Program-made: the position numbers and the translations under genes
Part shown: one piece after another, positions 37,037 through 49,064 of the stretch
How the letters are laid out: each line of letters starts with the position of its first letter
Position numbering within the stretch: the stretch's first letter is position 1
NCBI GenBank assembly: GCA_020891255.1
Contig: BQFW01000010.1
Coordinates: 310,001 to 374,000 of the forward strand
Direction: 5' to 3'
Source of the DNA: Entomortierella parvispora E1425
Lineage: Eukaryota > Fungi > Mortierellomycota
Length of the DNA stretch: 64,000 bases
The notes under the pieces: generated by a model
Database searches by the model: none
Told to the model about the DNA's origin: nothing
The model's input: only the letters and a program-made list of their open reading frames with translations

Positions 37037-39899
37037 ATGTCAGACCCAGTGGTCCTAGGCGACATTCCCGAGATCCTCATCATGGTGGCAAATTACCTGG
37101 GAACCAACACCTTGGCGAAAGCTGTGCGAGTTTCACGTCAATGGCATCGCCATTTGCTCCCAGAACTCTGGTCATGGATACATCTGTACTCGTATGGCAC
37201 TCGCTTTGGACTGGCCAGTCCACATTTCTTCCGCTCCTTTGCTCGATACGGCCACTTTCTCCACGTGCTCTGTATCATCGATGTCAAAAACCTTGATATG
37301 TTCCGCTCACGTCCAATCCATCTTCTGGGCCATGATTATTGCCTGGTAAAGAATCTCACCCACCTGTGCCTCGAGGACGACCTGGTGGACTCTAGGGATA
37401 TAGGGGGAGAAAAGGAGCTGCCTGAGCAAGAAATACATCGACTCTTCGGCCTTATCCTCATCGCCAGGGCTGACTATGAAAAAATGAACGACCTGTTAGA
37501 CCAACTTGCGACCGAGTCGTCTAGTGAGAACGATAGCACACCGATCCAGACTACGGAGAAGAAGGAGAACCAACGTATCCTTGTCAATATCGGTGGTGAC
37601 TACCTCACGCCAGAGTTACTCCCGTCTGTTGACGACGATGAAAATTTCGACGAATACTGGAATCGACCTGTGGATGCCTTAATTCATCCAAACTACTTTG
37701 ATCCTCTGATGCATCTCTTACGACACAACCGCCACCTCCGTTCCCTGACCGTGTACCTTTTCCCTAGCTGGTCTGAGCAAGCTATTAGAGCAATTTGTCG
37801 CGAAGGACTACCTCTTCTGCAGGAATTGGATTTGGGGTCCAAGCGATCGGCGATGGTCAGCACCCGACTGATGAGGATCCTTCTGAACGGCCTGACCCCT
37901 AAACTACGGAAGCTCAACATCTGGATTTCCTTCCTTCATGACGACGAAAACCCGGAGATATGGACAGCGAAAGCACTGGAGAACTTTTGGCACTACCGCT
38001 ATCGAAAAAGCTGTCGCGATCCAATGATGACCTGTTTACCAATTGAACCACCCAATGAACATGATCTCGATCTAGAGCTCGCGGACAGATACGACTTGAA
38101 GGAACTTTCCATCAACCAACCGGATTCAAATGGACGTAAAAGTCGGATTGAACAGGAAGGCGCTCTAAGGTCTTTAGTGCCCTTCTTGAGGCGGTGCCAT
38201 CAACTGGAGCGATTGGAACTTGTGAAAATCCCGCGAAATGGCTCGGTCATGAAAGAGTTGACTGCGACATTATACGACTTTTGTCCTCTGTTCAATGCGT
38301 TTGAGGTCATAAATTCACCCCATGGATCCCGTGAGACCATTAAGGACGAATGCTTTGAACAGGTTCTGCTGGCATCGCGAGAAGGGTGGAGGAGCATCGA
38401 TTTGAGCTCCGCCAGGCATTTGTCCTGGTTTTCGATCTATGCTTTCATGGGAACAGTAAAATAGCAAGGACCTGGCGACAAGAAGACGCCAAATGCCATC
38501 GAGTTGGACATCCTACCCACCATCGGTCTTTGAACGAAGTCTGGTAGATCTACAAGGACAGTTCCGAAACCAAGAGGCGCCAGGCGCTTTGAAAGTCATA
38601 GTGAATACGACAACCGACTCCTGGGCGCCTCAGATGGAGGCTGGACTTGTGGATTATGTGGGGAAAATTATGATACGCCCTCGACTTCGAATGTTGGAAA
38701 CACTAAACATCGCTGGCTGCTCCATGGTCGAGAGCCAAAATATTCAGACAATCCTTTGCAGCTGTCCTCTCTTGAAGAAATTCGTAGCAATCACTGACGG
38801 CATCGATGCCTCGATGGATGATCCATATTTGAAAGCTGAGGACATGGTAGCAAGCGTGGAGTCATTTGAGCGCAGCTTTTCGAACAGCACCAGTGCTGAG
38901 GAGGAAGAAGACTATTGCCAGGGACCGGACTGGAGGTTCTTTGCTTGAAGATTGAGCTTTCAGCTCGACCAGATACTCGACTGGAAGTAATCAAGACTCT
39001 AAGACAGACTACTGGAGACGGAAAACCCTCCGAGTCACAAAAGCTGCTGGATCGCAAGGCAATGAAGTCGTGTCGAGTAGAACAGAGACTTGTCTACCGT
39101 GAGCTTGGGCGTCTTAACCGACTCAGGAAATTAGGTCTAGGGCATTGCTATTCTAGCTTTCAATGGATGAATCGAGGATACCATCCTGCGATTTGTGATT
39201 TCTTGGATACTTCATCTCTGGATCTTGAGCACAGCGCCGGTACAGGAAACAACGACTCGCCTGCTAAAGCAGAGGAAGCGCTCCTCACACCATTGCCATA
39301 TCCACAAGAACGTGAAATCTCCCTCGGAATTCAATGGCACTCTCCGCGCAAAGACAGCAGTCGTCACTAACCATTCAGGATCTTGCTCCTCCAGAGCCAT
39401 CATTAATGTTGGAGTGTATCAACGCCAATCCTTGGAGTTCAGTTTAGCGAGCGGCTTGGAGTTAATGTTGCAGGGGACACCTCGATTGGAGATCTTGGAA
39501 GTACCACAGATGGCGACTCGGATAGGACTGAAGTAAGTGCAGGCCATGGCCACTGCCTGGCCCAAATTGAGGCAACTTGGACTGAGGTCATTCACGGAGA
39601 TTGATTGGAGGGACGGGGCGAAAGATGATAACTTGGATTACAGGAATATGACCACGTTACCACCACCACCTGTTATTTCAGATGGCCTTTTGCCGGCATT
39701 GCTGGAGTGCATCCACTATACGGAGACTTCTGCGTTGGGGCAGATAAAACTAGTTGAGCGCAGGGATATGATTCAAGACGAGTGCTTAAATTGGGTACGG
39801 GAACATTACCCATATATTGACGTGCAAGGCGCGCGAGGGGACAATGAGCTTGAGGTACAACCAAAGAATGGTGATAAGTGGGAACGTTGGGATGAATGA
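37037..39899 (+). pseudogene. F-box subfamily B copy 1, disrupted
   Basis: Collinear with intact 44742..47501 (DIPEILIMVANYL...AVRVSRQWHRHLLPELWS). Lesions: +1 A at ~38459, a deletion/frameshift at ~38915, a frameshift at ~39250-39350, and an in-frame TAA at 39534-39536 where paralogs have GAG. Confidence 0.85.
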
Positions 39900-39909
39900 T
39901 TATCAGATG

Positions 39910-40323
39910 ATTCTTAAGTTCTGGCCGTTGGAAATTATCTCTGACAGATACTCGGATTTGACTGAAGGAGGTGCAGGCCATGGCCGTTGCCTAGCCCAAA
40001 TTGAGGCGACTTGGACTGAGGTCATTCACAGAGATTGATTGGAAGGATGAGGTGCAAGATGATACCTTAGGCTAAGCGATCCGACTAGTACCACAGCCAC
40101 CTCTTATTGGCCTTTTGCCGAGATTGTTGGAGTGCATCTGCTATGAGGAGACCTCTGCCCTGGGACAATCGGACCTAGTGGAGCGTAGGGATATGATTCA
40201 AGACGAGTGCCTGACTTGGCTATGGGAACATTACCCAGATATCGATGTGCGGGCGCGCGAGGAGACAATGAACTGGAGGTGGAACTGACCTGCTTTGATG
40301 AGTGGGAACGGTGGGATGACTAA
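39910..40323 (+). pseudogene. Decayed tandem duplicate of the last ~130 codons of F-box B1
   Basis: It repeats 39490-39899 (e.g. gtgcaggccatggcc, aggtcattcac.gagattgattgga, gagcg.agggatatgattcaagacgagtgc, gggaacattaccca) with stops such as gcc-tag. Confidence 0.85.
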
Positions 40324-40629
40324 CAAACTGTTTCCAAGCTCTAGCCCTCGGATACCATCTCAATAAAGCAAGCATTCAAGGCACAAACATCAATTGATGT
40401 TGGTTTAGAGCAGGCCAGCATGGGAGAGAGATTGAAAAAAAAAGAAAAAAAAGCGTGCCTCTTTTGAACTCTATCTGTGTGCACAACGGTCTGAAGGACA
40501 GGGGGTGGAACAACAATCCGGTCTTGGCAAAAGACGAGTACCTTGTTTACTTTGGCTGTATTGGCTTTATTCTGTAACTCATCTACAAACTTGGATCTAC
40601 AATGGTTTGTTTGGATGCAAAATTCGCGT

Positions 40630-41617
40630 CTATTCCTCTTTGGGGCGTGCGGTGACCTCAATTGCAGCATCCAGAGCGTCTTGGAAGGCTTTTGCCTCAA
40701 AATCACCGACAAAGGTGACCTTGTTGTCGACAACGACCACCATGCAAGGCACTCCCATGAACCCAGCCTTCATGAAAATATCTACATCAAGCACAAAAAA
40801 ATGTTAGCCAGAGTAACCTTTCCACGCTCTTTTTTTGCAAATGAGCCTCCCCTTCAAGTCATTGTGGGGATGTGGTTTACCATTCTTTGCTTGGTGATCA
40901 CTGTCCACGACGATGGTGTAACGCATGACATCTTTCTTTGCCTCGACCGCAGTCTTGACCTTCTCGAGATCGTGAGGTTTGTCTGGTCCGAAAATCGCAT
41001 CATTGTTGATTCCAACGACGGCCACCTTGCCAGTTTGCTTCTCTGCCCAGTCTGAAATCACAGGCGCGGCTTCAATGCAGGATCCACACCTGTAAACAAA
41101 GGATCGTGCCGAAAATCGTGAGCACAATGGAGGTCAGAGACAATATAAGACAGAAAAAGGACAAAAAAAATAGCTAGCAGAACGCAGAGAACACCTGTTC
41201 CTGTTGAAGCAGAACTTACCATGTAGCCCAGAAATCCAAAACAACGACACGTTCATCGCCCAAGAACTTTGGTCCTGCAAGGTATTCACATCGGCCAATG
41301 AGCTCCTTGGTATCCACGGTTTCTCCTACAAACTCGCTCACCCATCCTTCTCTCGCGAAGGCTGGGGGTCCGGCCTTCAGATAGTCCCTGACGGCCTCGT
41401 AATTGGGAAAGCTTCCCTTCTTTTTCATGTATTCGATAGGGTCCTCCGGGAGTCCGAGTTCCTTGCCATGGGCCTTGAAGCCCTCGACAGCTTCCCAAAA
41501 CTCAGATTCGACAAACTTGTCCTCGTACTTGGTTTCGAAGGGCTTGGCAAAGAACTTCATAAAGCCTTGGTTGAGACCAGTCTTTTGCTCAGCGGTCAAT
41601 TCTTGTGTGTCTGCCAT
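40630..41617 (-). CDS. Thioredoxin-like (TlpA/redoxin family) protein, 3 exons
   Basis: Exons 41617-41220, 41089-40881, 40781-40630. Splicing creates VVVLDFWATWCGSC. The later AGFMGVPC segment is the cis-Pro loop typical of the thioredoxin fold. Confidence 0.85.
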
Positions 41618-43099
41618 GGTTTCGTGGGTAAGGCTTTTGCTTTGGCGAGGGGAGGTGCTGTTTTGTGTATCGTCGTGGGGTGAGTTGGCTAACAAAGTAG
41701 AAAAAAAAAAGAGAAAAGTAGGGGGTAGCATTTAAATAGGTGTCCATCATCCCCTCGCCCTTGTTTTTGTGTCCAGCGGTTCTCTTCTCGAAAGAAAGAG
41801 AAGAAAAAAGCATACATGTACTGTACAGTACACGCCACGTTTCCATTTTTGTTCACGCTGGCATTTGCTATCATGGTTGCAAGGGCTGCTGCTCTTTCAG
41901 CAGCCCTGAGAAAAATTTCGACCATTCATTGGTCAGTTTGCCCCAATTGTGCACCTGTTGGGGGGCACTTCCAACACAGTCAAGGTTCGACTTTTGATTT
42001 TGCCTCCTCTTGATGCTCAACCATTGGCACCAATAAACGGTTCCAGCTAGGGGTCACAAGGCTGCTCTCCAGCTTGGCACAAGGTTCGATGTTGCGATAA
42101 ACGGTCAAACTGCCAAGGCAGAAAAGAATACGCCCAACAATTGGCCCTTCTCCTTTCCTGCCTGTCGACTTTTTTGATTTGTCTACTGCAGTACTTTCCA
42201 GCGATAATCAAGTCACGGCTAGTGGCGTGAGATTCACCATCTAGGAGCGGCTGAGGAGATTGCGCCTAGGACGCCATTCTGCTCTGTTGAGTTTGTCCAA
42301 GCTAGCAAGGAATCCAATGGGCCGAAAAAATGAAGTGAAAACAGAGGAGTGATGGGGAGGGGCGGGTCAAACGAACTTGCTGTTTCTGTTCTGGTCTTTG
42401 CAACCGTGTTTCTTGGTGGCAAAAGAACTGACAGCAGAACATCAAACGAGAGCAATCGTGTTCATGGTCTGCCATGGACTAGCCGACGAACCCTCCAGGT
42501 AGCTGGCCACCCTGTAACCCTCTAAAAAAAGCAGAGGTATAGCGAAGGTATAACGCAGGACGTGATTGCTCTCTGAAAAATCTCCATCTTTTTTTTTCTC
42601 ATTCCTTCCTCGCACCTTGCACCACCTACAAGTGCAGACGGCTACAACAGACGTAGCTATCAGCGCTCACTATTCATGTCTCCGTACATAACCCGCCTCA
42701 AGTCTTCAATCGCCGATCGAGCACAGCTTCTTGCAGCTCGACCCTCATTATCCACATGCCGCCCTTGCACAACCTCTCTTGCTGAGTGACTTTCCTCTGC
42801 CTACATCAAGGAAGGTCCTGATATCTTCTTACTCCTCTCATTCCATTGACAAGCAATCCTCGCACGTTACCAGCTAATCATCAAGCCCGACGACTCTGAC
42901 GAGGATATCCGGCTCCTAGTTCACATCCAAGATCAGTCCAAGATAAAAACAACCCCAGCCTCCCCTGGGCCTTCAAACACACTGGATATCACTAAACCGC
43001 GTCCTTACTTTTTGCAACAACAAAAGGGTCCAGTTCTTGTGTTTCTCAACGGATCCGACTGTGCCGAATGCAAGAGAGTACTTGAGGACAGAAGGTTGC

Positions 43100-43410
43100 G
43101 GCGACTGGTGGACGTGAAGTTTGCCTTGCCAAGGAAGCCAAAGAATTGGAGGAGTGCCGGGAAATGGTCAAAAGACGCCATTTTAGTCCTGCAATGCTTC
43201 TCTACCATGATGTTTCTCCAAACCACCCAGATTACAGACTTTTGTGCTTCATGGATGGTGTCGACAATGCCATGTACGTGTCTATGTACTCAGCAAGAGT
43301 GTGGAGTGTTTGTAGTTGGCGCCGATACCAGGGATATTTCTTTTCGTGATATTGTCGATTGGAACGGTATATATCCTAGAAGAGGCTGTGTCCCGTCTGG
43401 AAGCTAAAGG
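43100..43410 (+). pseudogene. Possible decayed exons of an unidentified gene
   Basis: A protein-like frame (KELEECREMVKRRHFSPAMLLYHDV...DYRLLCFMDGVDNA) ends at a GTACGT donor. After a tttgtag acceptor the frame continues with TGA/TAG stops (WRRYQGYFFS*YCRLERYIS*KRLCPVWK). The family was not recognised. Confidence 0.25.
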
Positions 43411-44317
43411 CCCATGTCCAACTGCAAACCAACACGCGTCCGGACTTTTTGTAGCCTTGGACCTTGCCAACCAGAAACGATGCCTACTCCTGCTGAGCCA
43501 TGTAGATCCACGTAAAGCTTTATCTCATCATCTATTCCTATGGACTTAGGAGCAACGTACTTTCTTTACACCTCTTTGGCACCTTTGACACCCTCGGCAC
43601 CCTCGATCCCTTATCGCCCATGCTATGAGTGAGAACACCAATACCAACGAAGTGGCGTGTGCTCCTGCCGCAGACCTCTAGTTCGCTCTATACACTGGCG
43701 TTATCAACATTGAGCTGCTGACACATGCCGGACCGAAGCTATGAAGGGGTTTTCAGCATCGTGGACGTGGTCCATGACAGATAGGGTCATTACTCGTCTT
43801 GGCCTTGGACGTAGACGCCCGTTCATGATACCCTACTAAGTCTCACACTCGAACCCACGAGAAGGCGTTCTCAAGGCTATCATATCCCGAACCGGCCTAC
43901 CCGATGTAAAAAAGTCATAAGAAGATGATGCTCCGATCTTAAAACATTTGAGCAAAATCACTCAGCTATTAATATGTTCAGCTATGTTGCTTTATTCCAC
44001 TGACCACGACATGGTTCATTTCCTCGCGGTTTGCTACTCGGGCACTGATTGCTTACATAGCATGTCAAGAAGAGGAAAATTAGGCATGGATTATTGTGAG
44101 CTATCTCTCTTCCTCGCAGGATGTACTGCGTGCTGTGTGTAGTCTTCTGTGGGTATATCGAATTTGGTTGTGTGTGGTCACAAGTTGAATGTGACAAGTT
44201 ACGCACTGAAGAGCAGGAGCTGCGAGGAGAGGAAGGTGGACTTTCATCCAGTGCCGCAGTTGTCGCGGTGGATCGACGGGGTGGGTTCTCTGAAGTATGA
44301 GCTGAGGATGCAGACAG

Positions 44318-44431
44318 CTACCGGTCTCCATGTTCCCGCTTTTGCTTGCGCGTTGTGGGAAACAGGTACAGGGATCCAACAAAGAGCGCTGAAAGGCTGA
44401 GGCATGAGAGAGCCGCTTGGACTGAAGACAT
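44318..44431 (-). pseudogene. N-terminal fragment resembling CAAX prenyl protease Rce1 (type II)
   Basis: MSSVQAALSCLSLSALFVGSLYLFP resembles the first transmembrane segment of fungal Rce1. It stops at TAG 44320, and no EExxFR/FGxAH motifs were found downstream. Confidence 0.35.
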
Positions 44432-44663
44432 GTTGGTAGTAGATTGCGGCGGACGAGGAGCCGTGTGCATGAACAATGTCTCTATCCTGTTAGTGGACTC
44501 TTCGTTCAGAACGGTTGGATCACTTACTTGGACACGACGGGTAGACCTGTTCAGCGACAATGGCCAGGATAAATGGCATTGAAATCCCGCACTGAAACAA
44601 ATCAAAGAAAAAAAAAAGCTGCGGCGTTCCTGATTGCGATTTCAGACGAGAATGTCCGTCTTC

Positions 44664-44705
44664 CATCCTCTTTCATCCTTCATCCTTCATTCTTCATCCC
44701 TCATT
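44664..44705 (+). promoter_or_regulatory. (CATCCTT)n tract upstream of F-box B2
   Basis: catcctcttt catcctt catcctt cattctt catccct catt. Confidence 0.5.
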
Positions 44706-44741
44706 TCTCCTGTCTGAATTACCCAGCTCCCTGTTTCCACA

Positions 44742-47501
44742 ATGTCTCTCTCCATGGATCTCTCCGACATTCCCGAGGTTCTTGTCATGGTGTCCAAGTA
44801 CCTGACAACCGAGGACTTGGCACGCGCCGTGCGAGTATCGCGTCATTGGTATCGCCATTTGCATCCAGAACTCTGGTCCTGCGTTTATATTATCGAGTTC
44901 AGAAGCCGCTTCGGGAATGCTGGCCCTCAGTTCCTCCGATCCCTGATCCAATATGGTCATCATATCCGCGAGTTCTGTGTTCATGGTACAAAACCCTTGG
45001 ACCTCCTCCGCCCTCGTCTTGGTCACCTGCCTGGAAACGACTTTTGTCCTCTCAGCAATCTCACCAAGCTGATTCTCCTGGATTACAATGACAGGGTTTG
45101 GCCCGTGGGACCAGACAACTCTTGGCCTGCTCAGCAGCGTCTCATCGGTCTTATCCTCCGTGCAAGGGCAGATTTTGAGTTGGTGAGCACCATCCAGAAC
45201 GAGATGTACAACAAGATTGAGAACGAGAAAAAGAACGAAGGGGCCCAGGACGAAATATGCGATGGCGATGAAGACGAAGAGAGCGACTATTCTGCAGATA
45301 TTGTGCTCCCGCCAGTTGAGGACGAGGAGACATTTGACGATTACTGGGATCAGCCAATTGAGATTATGATCCACCCAACCCACTTCGACCCTATGATGCA
45401 TCTCTTACGACACAACTGCCATCTCCATACCTTGACCGTTCACCATTTCCCGAGCTGGTCCGAGCAGGCTATTAGAGCGATTTGCCGCGGAGGATTACCG
45501 GTGCTGCAGGAGTTGGATTTGGGAAGCGAGCAATCCACCATGGTCAGCACACGTCTCATGAGGATCCTTCTGGATGGCCTGACCCCGAAACTGAAAAAAC
45601 TCAACTTCTGGATTGCCCAACTTATCGAAGATGACAGTGCAAAGATGCAGACTCCAGAAGGTCTCGCAAATTTTTGGCACCAGCGTTATTTAAGAGCCCA
45701 TCACGACTCCACGATTATGAAAGGAGTAGAGAACATGTCGGAAGAAGATCGTTGTGTGGAATCGAAGCATTTTGAAAGCTATGAATTGAAGGAGCTTTCG
45801 ATCGGTCGGACGAGTGCAGACAGAAACGAGAGGAGTATTGAACAAGTTGGCGCCATTCGATCATTGGTACCTTTTTTGAGAAGGTGCCATCGCCTGGAGC
45901 GATTGGCTTTTGCAGAATTCTCAGAGGGCGGTGGTAATCTTTGGGAGTTGACTTCGACATTACACGACTTTTGTCCACAACTCAATGCCTTCAAGGTCCT
46001 TTCGGCGTTCGATACATACCCCCGACATATTCCGGATCAAATTTTTGAGCAGCTTTTGCTGGCCGCACGGAGAGGGTTGAAGAATGCGGATTTGAGGTTC
46101 TCGGATGAGGCATCCCTGCCGTCGATCCAAGCTTTCATGGGAACTGCCGACAGCAACGAGATTGAGACAAATCGACGCCTTAAACCTATGGAATGGATAT
46201 CCTACCCACCATCAGGATTCGAAAAACACCTGGCTACTCTGGAAGAAGAGCGCCAAAGCAAGGAGGCGACTGGTGTTGCAATCATTGCTACGAGGGCGAT
46301 ATCCAAGAGCTGGCCTCAGGTCAAACCCAAGCTCTTGGGGGACATTCAGGAAATTGTGATCCGTCCTCGACTTCAAATCCTGGAGACACTGAACATCGCC
46401 GGCTGCCCATTGATTACGAGCCGCAACATTCAAACCATTCTTTGCAGCTGTCCTGTCTTGAGGGTGTTCGTGGCGATCAGTGGGAGAGTCTCAACTCTTG
46501 GTCCTTTTTTGACGGTCCAGCATATGAAAAGACCCGTCGTGTCATTTGTCGGTTCCTTCTCGGATCAAGACGCCAATGACGGTAAAGACGAAGACTTGGA
46601 AGACTGGCAACGGCCGAAATGGGTATGCCTGGGTTTGGAGGTTCTATGTTTGCGGATTGAACTTACTTCTCGGCCAGATTTACGACTCAGAGTAATCGAG
46701 CCACCTCAAAGCGTCGGCGGAGACACCAATAATACCGATTTGCAGTGGTCTGTGGATCCCAAGGCGATGGAATACTGTCGGTCAGAGCAGAGACTTGTTT
46801 ACCGCGAGATTGGTCGGCTTTCACGTTTGAGGAAATTGAGGTTGGGGCAGTGTTATTCTTTCTCTCAGTGGCGTACCAATGAATACTGCCCTGCAACCTG
46901 CGACTTTTTGGACACCACGTCACTGAATTCTGTCTGCGATGTTGTTGCTGAGGCAAAGACAACGGACTCGTATGACTTGTCGGGATCAATCACCTCCAGA
47001 GCCATCGTAGACGTTAGTGTATACCAATACCAGTCTTTAGAGTTCAGTCTCGCAAGTGGCTTAGGGTTGATGTTGCAAGGGACGCCTCGATTGGAGATCC
47101 TGGAGGTACCAGAGATGGCGACTCGGATCGGACCGAACGAGATTCAGGCCATGATCACCGCCTGGCCTAGACTGAGACAGCTAGGACTACGATCATTTAC
47201 CAAGGTCAATTGGGAGGGGGTGGTCGACTTTAAGGGCGACAGCTTTACGCCAACCGAGGTGCCTCCACCACCTGGTCTTCCATCAAGTCTGATGACATCA
47301 TTAGCAGAGGCGATGCAGTTTGTCGCTGGCTCTAAACTGGAAAGACCGTTGACCGAGCGCAGGAATATAATTGAAGACGAGTGCCTGACCTGGCTGAAAG
47401 ATCATTGTCCCGATGTGGATATCAAAGGTGCTGAGGGATACTCTGAATTGGAGGACTGCATCCCAGGTAGTTTTGCCGATGTGGATTTCACACGCTTGTG
47501 A
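44742..47501 (+). CDS. F-box protein subfamily B copy 2 (intact, 919 aa, intronless)
   Basis: F-box MDLSDIPEVLVMVSKYLTTEDLARAVRVSRHWYRHLHPELWS; LRR-like LQELDLGS and LETLNIAGCP...IQTILCSCPVLR; KWVCLGLEVL; QSLEFSLASGLGLML. Confidence 0.9.
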   Translation: MSLSMDLSDIPEVLVMVSKYLTTEDLARAVRVSRHWYRHLHPELWSCVYIIEFRSRFGNAGPQFLRSLIQYGHHIREFCVHGTKPLDLLRPRLGHLPGNDFCPLSNLTKLILLDYNDRVWPVGPDNSWPAQQRLIGLILRARADFELVSTIQNEMYNKIENEKKNEGAQDEICDGDEDEESDYSADIVLPPVEDEETFDDYWDQPIEIMIHPTHFDPMMHLLRHNCHLHTLTVHHFPSWSEQAIRAICRGGLPVLQELDLGSEQSTMVSTRLMRILLDGLTPKLKKLNFWIAQLIEDDSAKMQTPEGLANFWHQRYLRAHHDSTIMKGVENMSEEDRCVESKHFESYELKELSIGRTSADRNERSIEQVGAIRSLVPFLRRCHRLERLAFAEFSEGGGNLWELTSTLHDFCPQLNAFKVLSAFDTYPRHIPDQIFEQLLLAARRGLKNADLRFSDEASLPSIQAFMGTADSNEIETNRRLKPMEWISYPPSGFEKHLATLEEERQSKEATGVAIIATRAISKSWPQVKPKLLGDIQEIVIRPRLQILETLNIAGCPLITSRNIQTILCSCPVLRVFVAISGRVSTLGPFLTVQHMKRPVVSFVGSFSDQDANDGKDEDLEDWQRPKWVCLGLEVLCLRIELTSRPDLRLRVIEPPQSVGGDTNNTDLQWSVDPKAMEYCRSEQRLVYREIGRLSRLRKLRLGQCYSFSQWRTNEYCPATCDFLDTTSLNSVCDVVAEAKTTDSYDLSGSITSRAIVDVSVYQYQSLEFSLASGLGLMLQGTPRLEILEVPEMATRIGPNEIQAMITAWPRLRQLGLRSFTKVNWEGVVDFKGDSFTPTEVPPPPGLPSSLMTSLAEAMQFVAGSKLERPLTERRNIIEDECLTWLKDHCPDVDIKGAEGYSELEDCIPGSFADVDFTRL

Positions 47502-47647
47502 TAGAACATTTCAACGATTCAACATTTGACGATTTGACGGCCACAAAGCATTGAAATGAAAAAAAAAAAAAAAAAAAAAAGAGTCTGTGCACGCGCTTGC
47601 AATAAAGATCCGGGACATAAAGAGCCTGTTGTTTCATTTGGTTATAC

Positions 47648-48607
47648 CTTCTCGGATCCAGGCGTCAAGGATGAATTGAGAAAGAGCCAGTTCGGAGTAT
47701 GGGATGGATAAAGACGAGGACTTGGAGGACTGGCAACGACCGAAATGGGTATGTCTGGCTTTGGAGGTACTCTGTTTGAGGATTGAGCTTACAACCCGAC
47801 CTGATATATAGCTTGAGATGACCGAGTCACCGGATACCTTGCTACCTCACGTGTCGAATGAAGGTATTCAAACCACTTTTGTGCAAGGCCTGTGGATCCC
47901 AAGGCGATGGAATCCTGTCTAGCAGAGCAGAGACTTGTGTACCGATAAGTTGGCCGGCTGAAACGGTTCAGGAAATTGCGGTTGGGACAGTGTTACTTTC
48001 TCTATCAATGGCCAGACAACGCATACAACCCTGCAACCTGCAACTTTCTGGACACCGCGTCACTGGCTCACAGTGCTGATACTGGCACAGAAAGTGGAGC
48101 AGTCTCTGCAGAGACAGTAAATTCGTATGGCTTATCGGCATCAGCCGCCTCCAGAGCAATCCTAAACGCTGGCGTGTATCAGTCCTTGGAGTTCAGTCTC
48201 GCAAGTAGCTTAGGGCTGATGTTACATGGGACGCCACGACTGGAGATCCTGGATGTGCCAGAGATGGCAACTCGGATCGGACTGAAGGAGATCCAGGCCA
48301 TGATCACAGCTTGGCCCAAGTTGAGGAGACTAGGACTGAAATCGTACACGGAGGTCAATTGGAAGGGGTGGTGGTCAACCACAAGGAGAACGATATTTGG
48401 TCCGCTAAGGCACCACTGCCACGCACTATTCCATCGCGTCTGATCAGCCCGCTAGAAGAGGCCATCCACTTTATTGCAGGCTCCAAATCGAAACGGCCGA
48501 TGACTGAACGCAGGGATATGATCGAAGACGAGTACATGACCTGGCTGAAGGATCAATGTCCCGGCGTCAATTTCAAGGGAGCTGGAGGAGAAATGATTTG
48601 GAGGTGA
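47648..48607 (+). pseudogene. Orphan 3' third of an F-box subfamily B gene
   Basis: It starts with ccttctcggatc, matching B2 at ~46555, then DEDLEDWQRPKWVCLALEVLCLRIEL. It has stops (ata-tag, cga-taa) and frameshifts. There is no 5' part. Confidence 0.85.
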
Positions 48608-49064
48608 GCAGCCAAGATGACATTCCCCCTGTGGAGTGGCGGCGATGGGATGTTGAGCAATGGGATTAGAATAGTTTGATGCTATTCCATTTGGCAGATT
48701 TAGTTCCAGACCTGTGGCAAAGAACGCAAATCATGAGTCCTTTTAGTGAGACGTGCTCTTGTAGTCGCGTCCAAGCGCGCGAAATGTTTGAAATGAAATA
48801 AAGGCATCTATCTTCACTCGTGAGAACTTGTGATGGATACTTTTGTGAATGGAAAGTCAACAAACCTCTCCAAGGTGGCGGGAAGAAGTTAGGCAGTGTT
48901 TGCACTAAATCGATCATACGTTCCGTCCGAAATGACTGAGTTTCCATTGCTGCAGGAGAAAAAAAATAAAAAAAAAATAAAACAGTCGGAGCGCTTACAC
49001 GCAGCATTCTCACGCCTTGTAAAATGTCCATCAGGCAATCTTCCTTGCTCCATCTCCCATTCTC

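Noticed and set aside
43840-43865. GGTTCGAG T-loop-like motif (minus strand), and a similar one near 41990
   Set aside because: There is no complementary T-stem, D-arm or acceptor stem, so it is not a tRNA.
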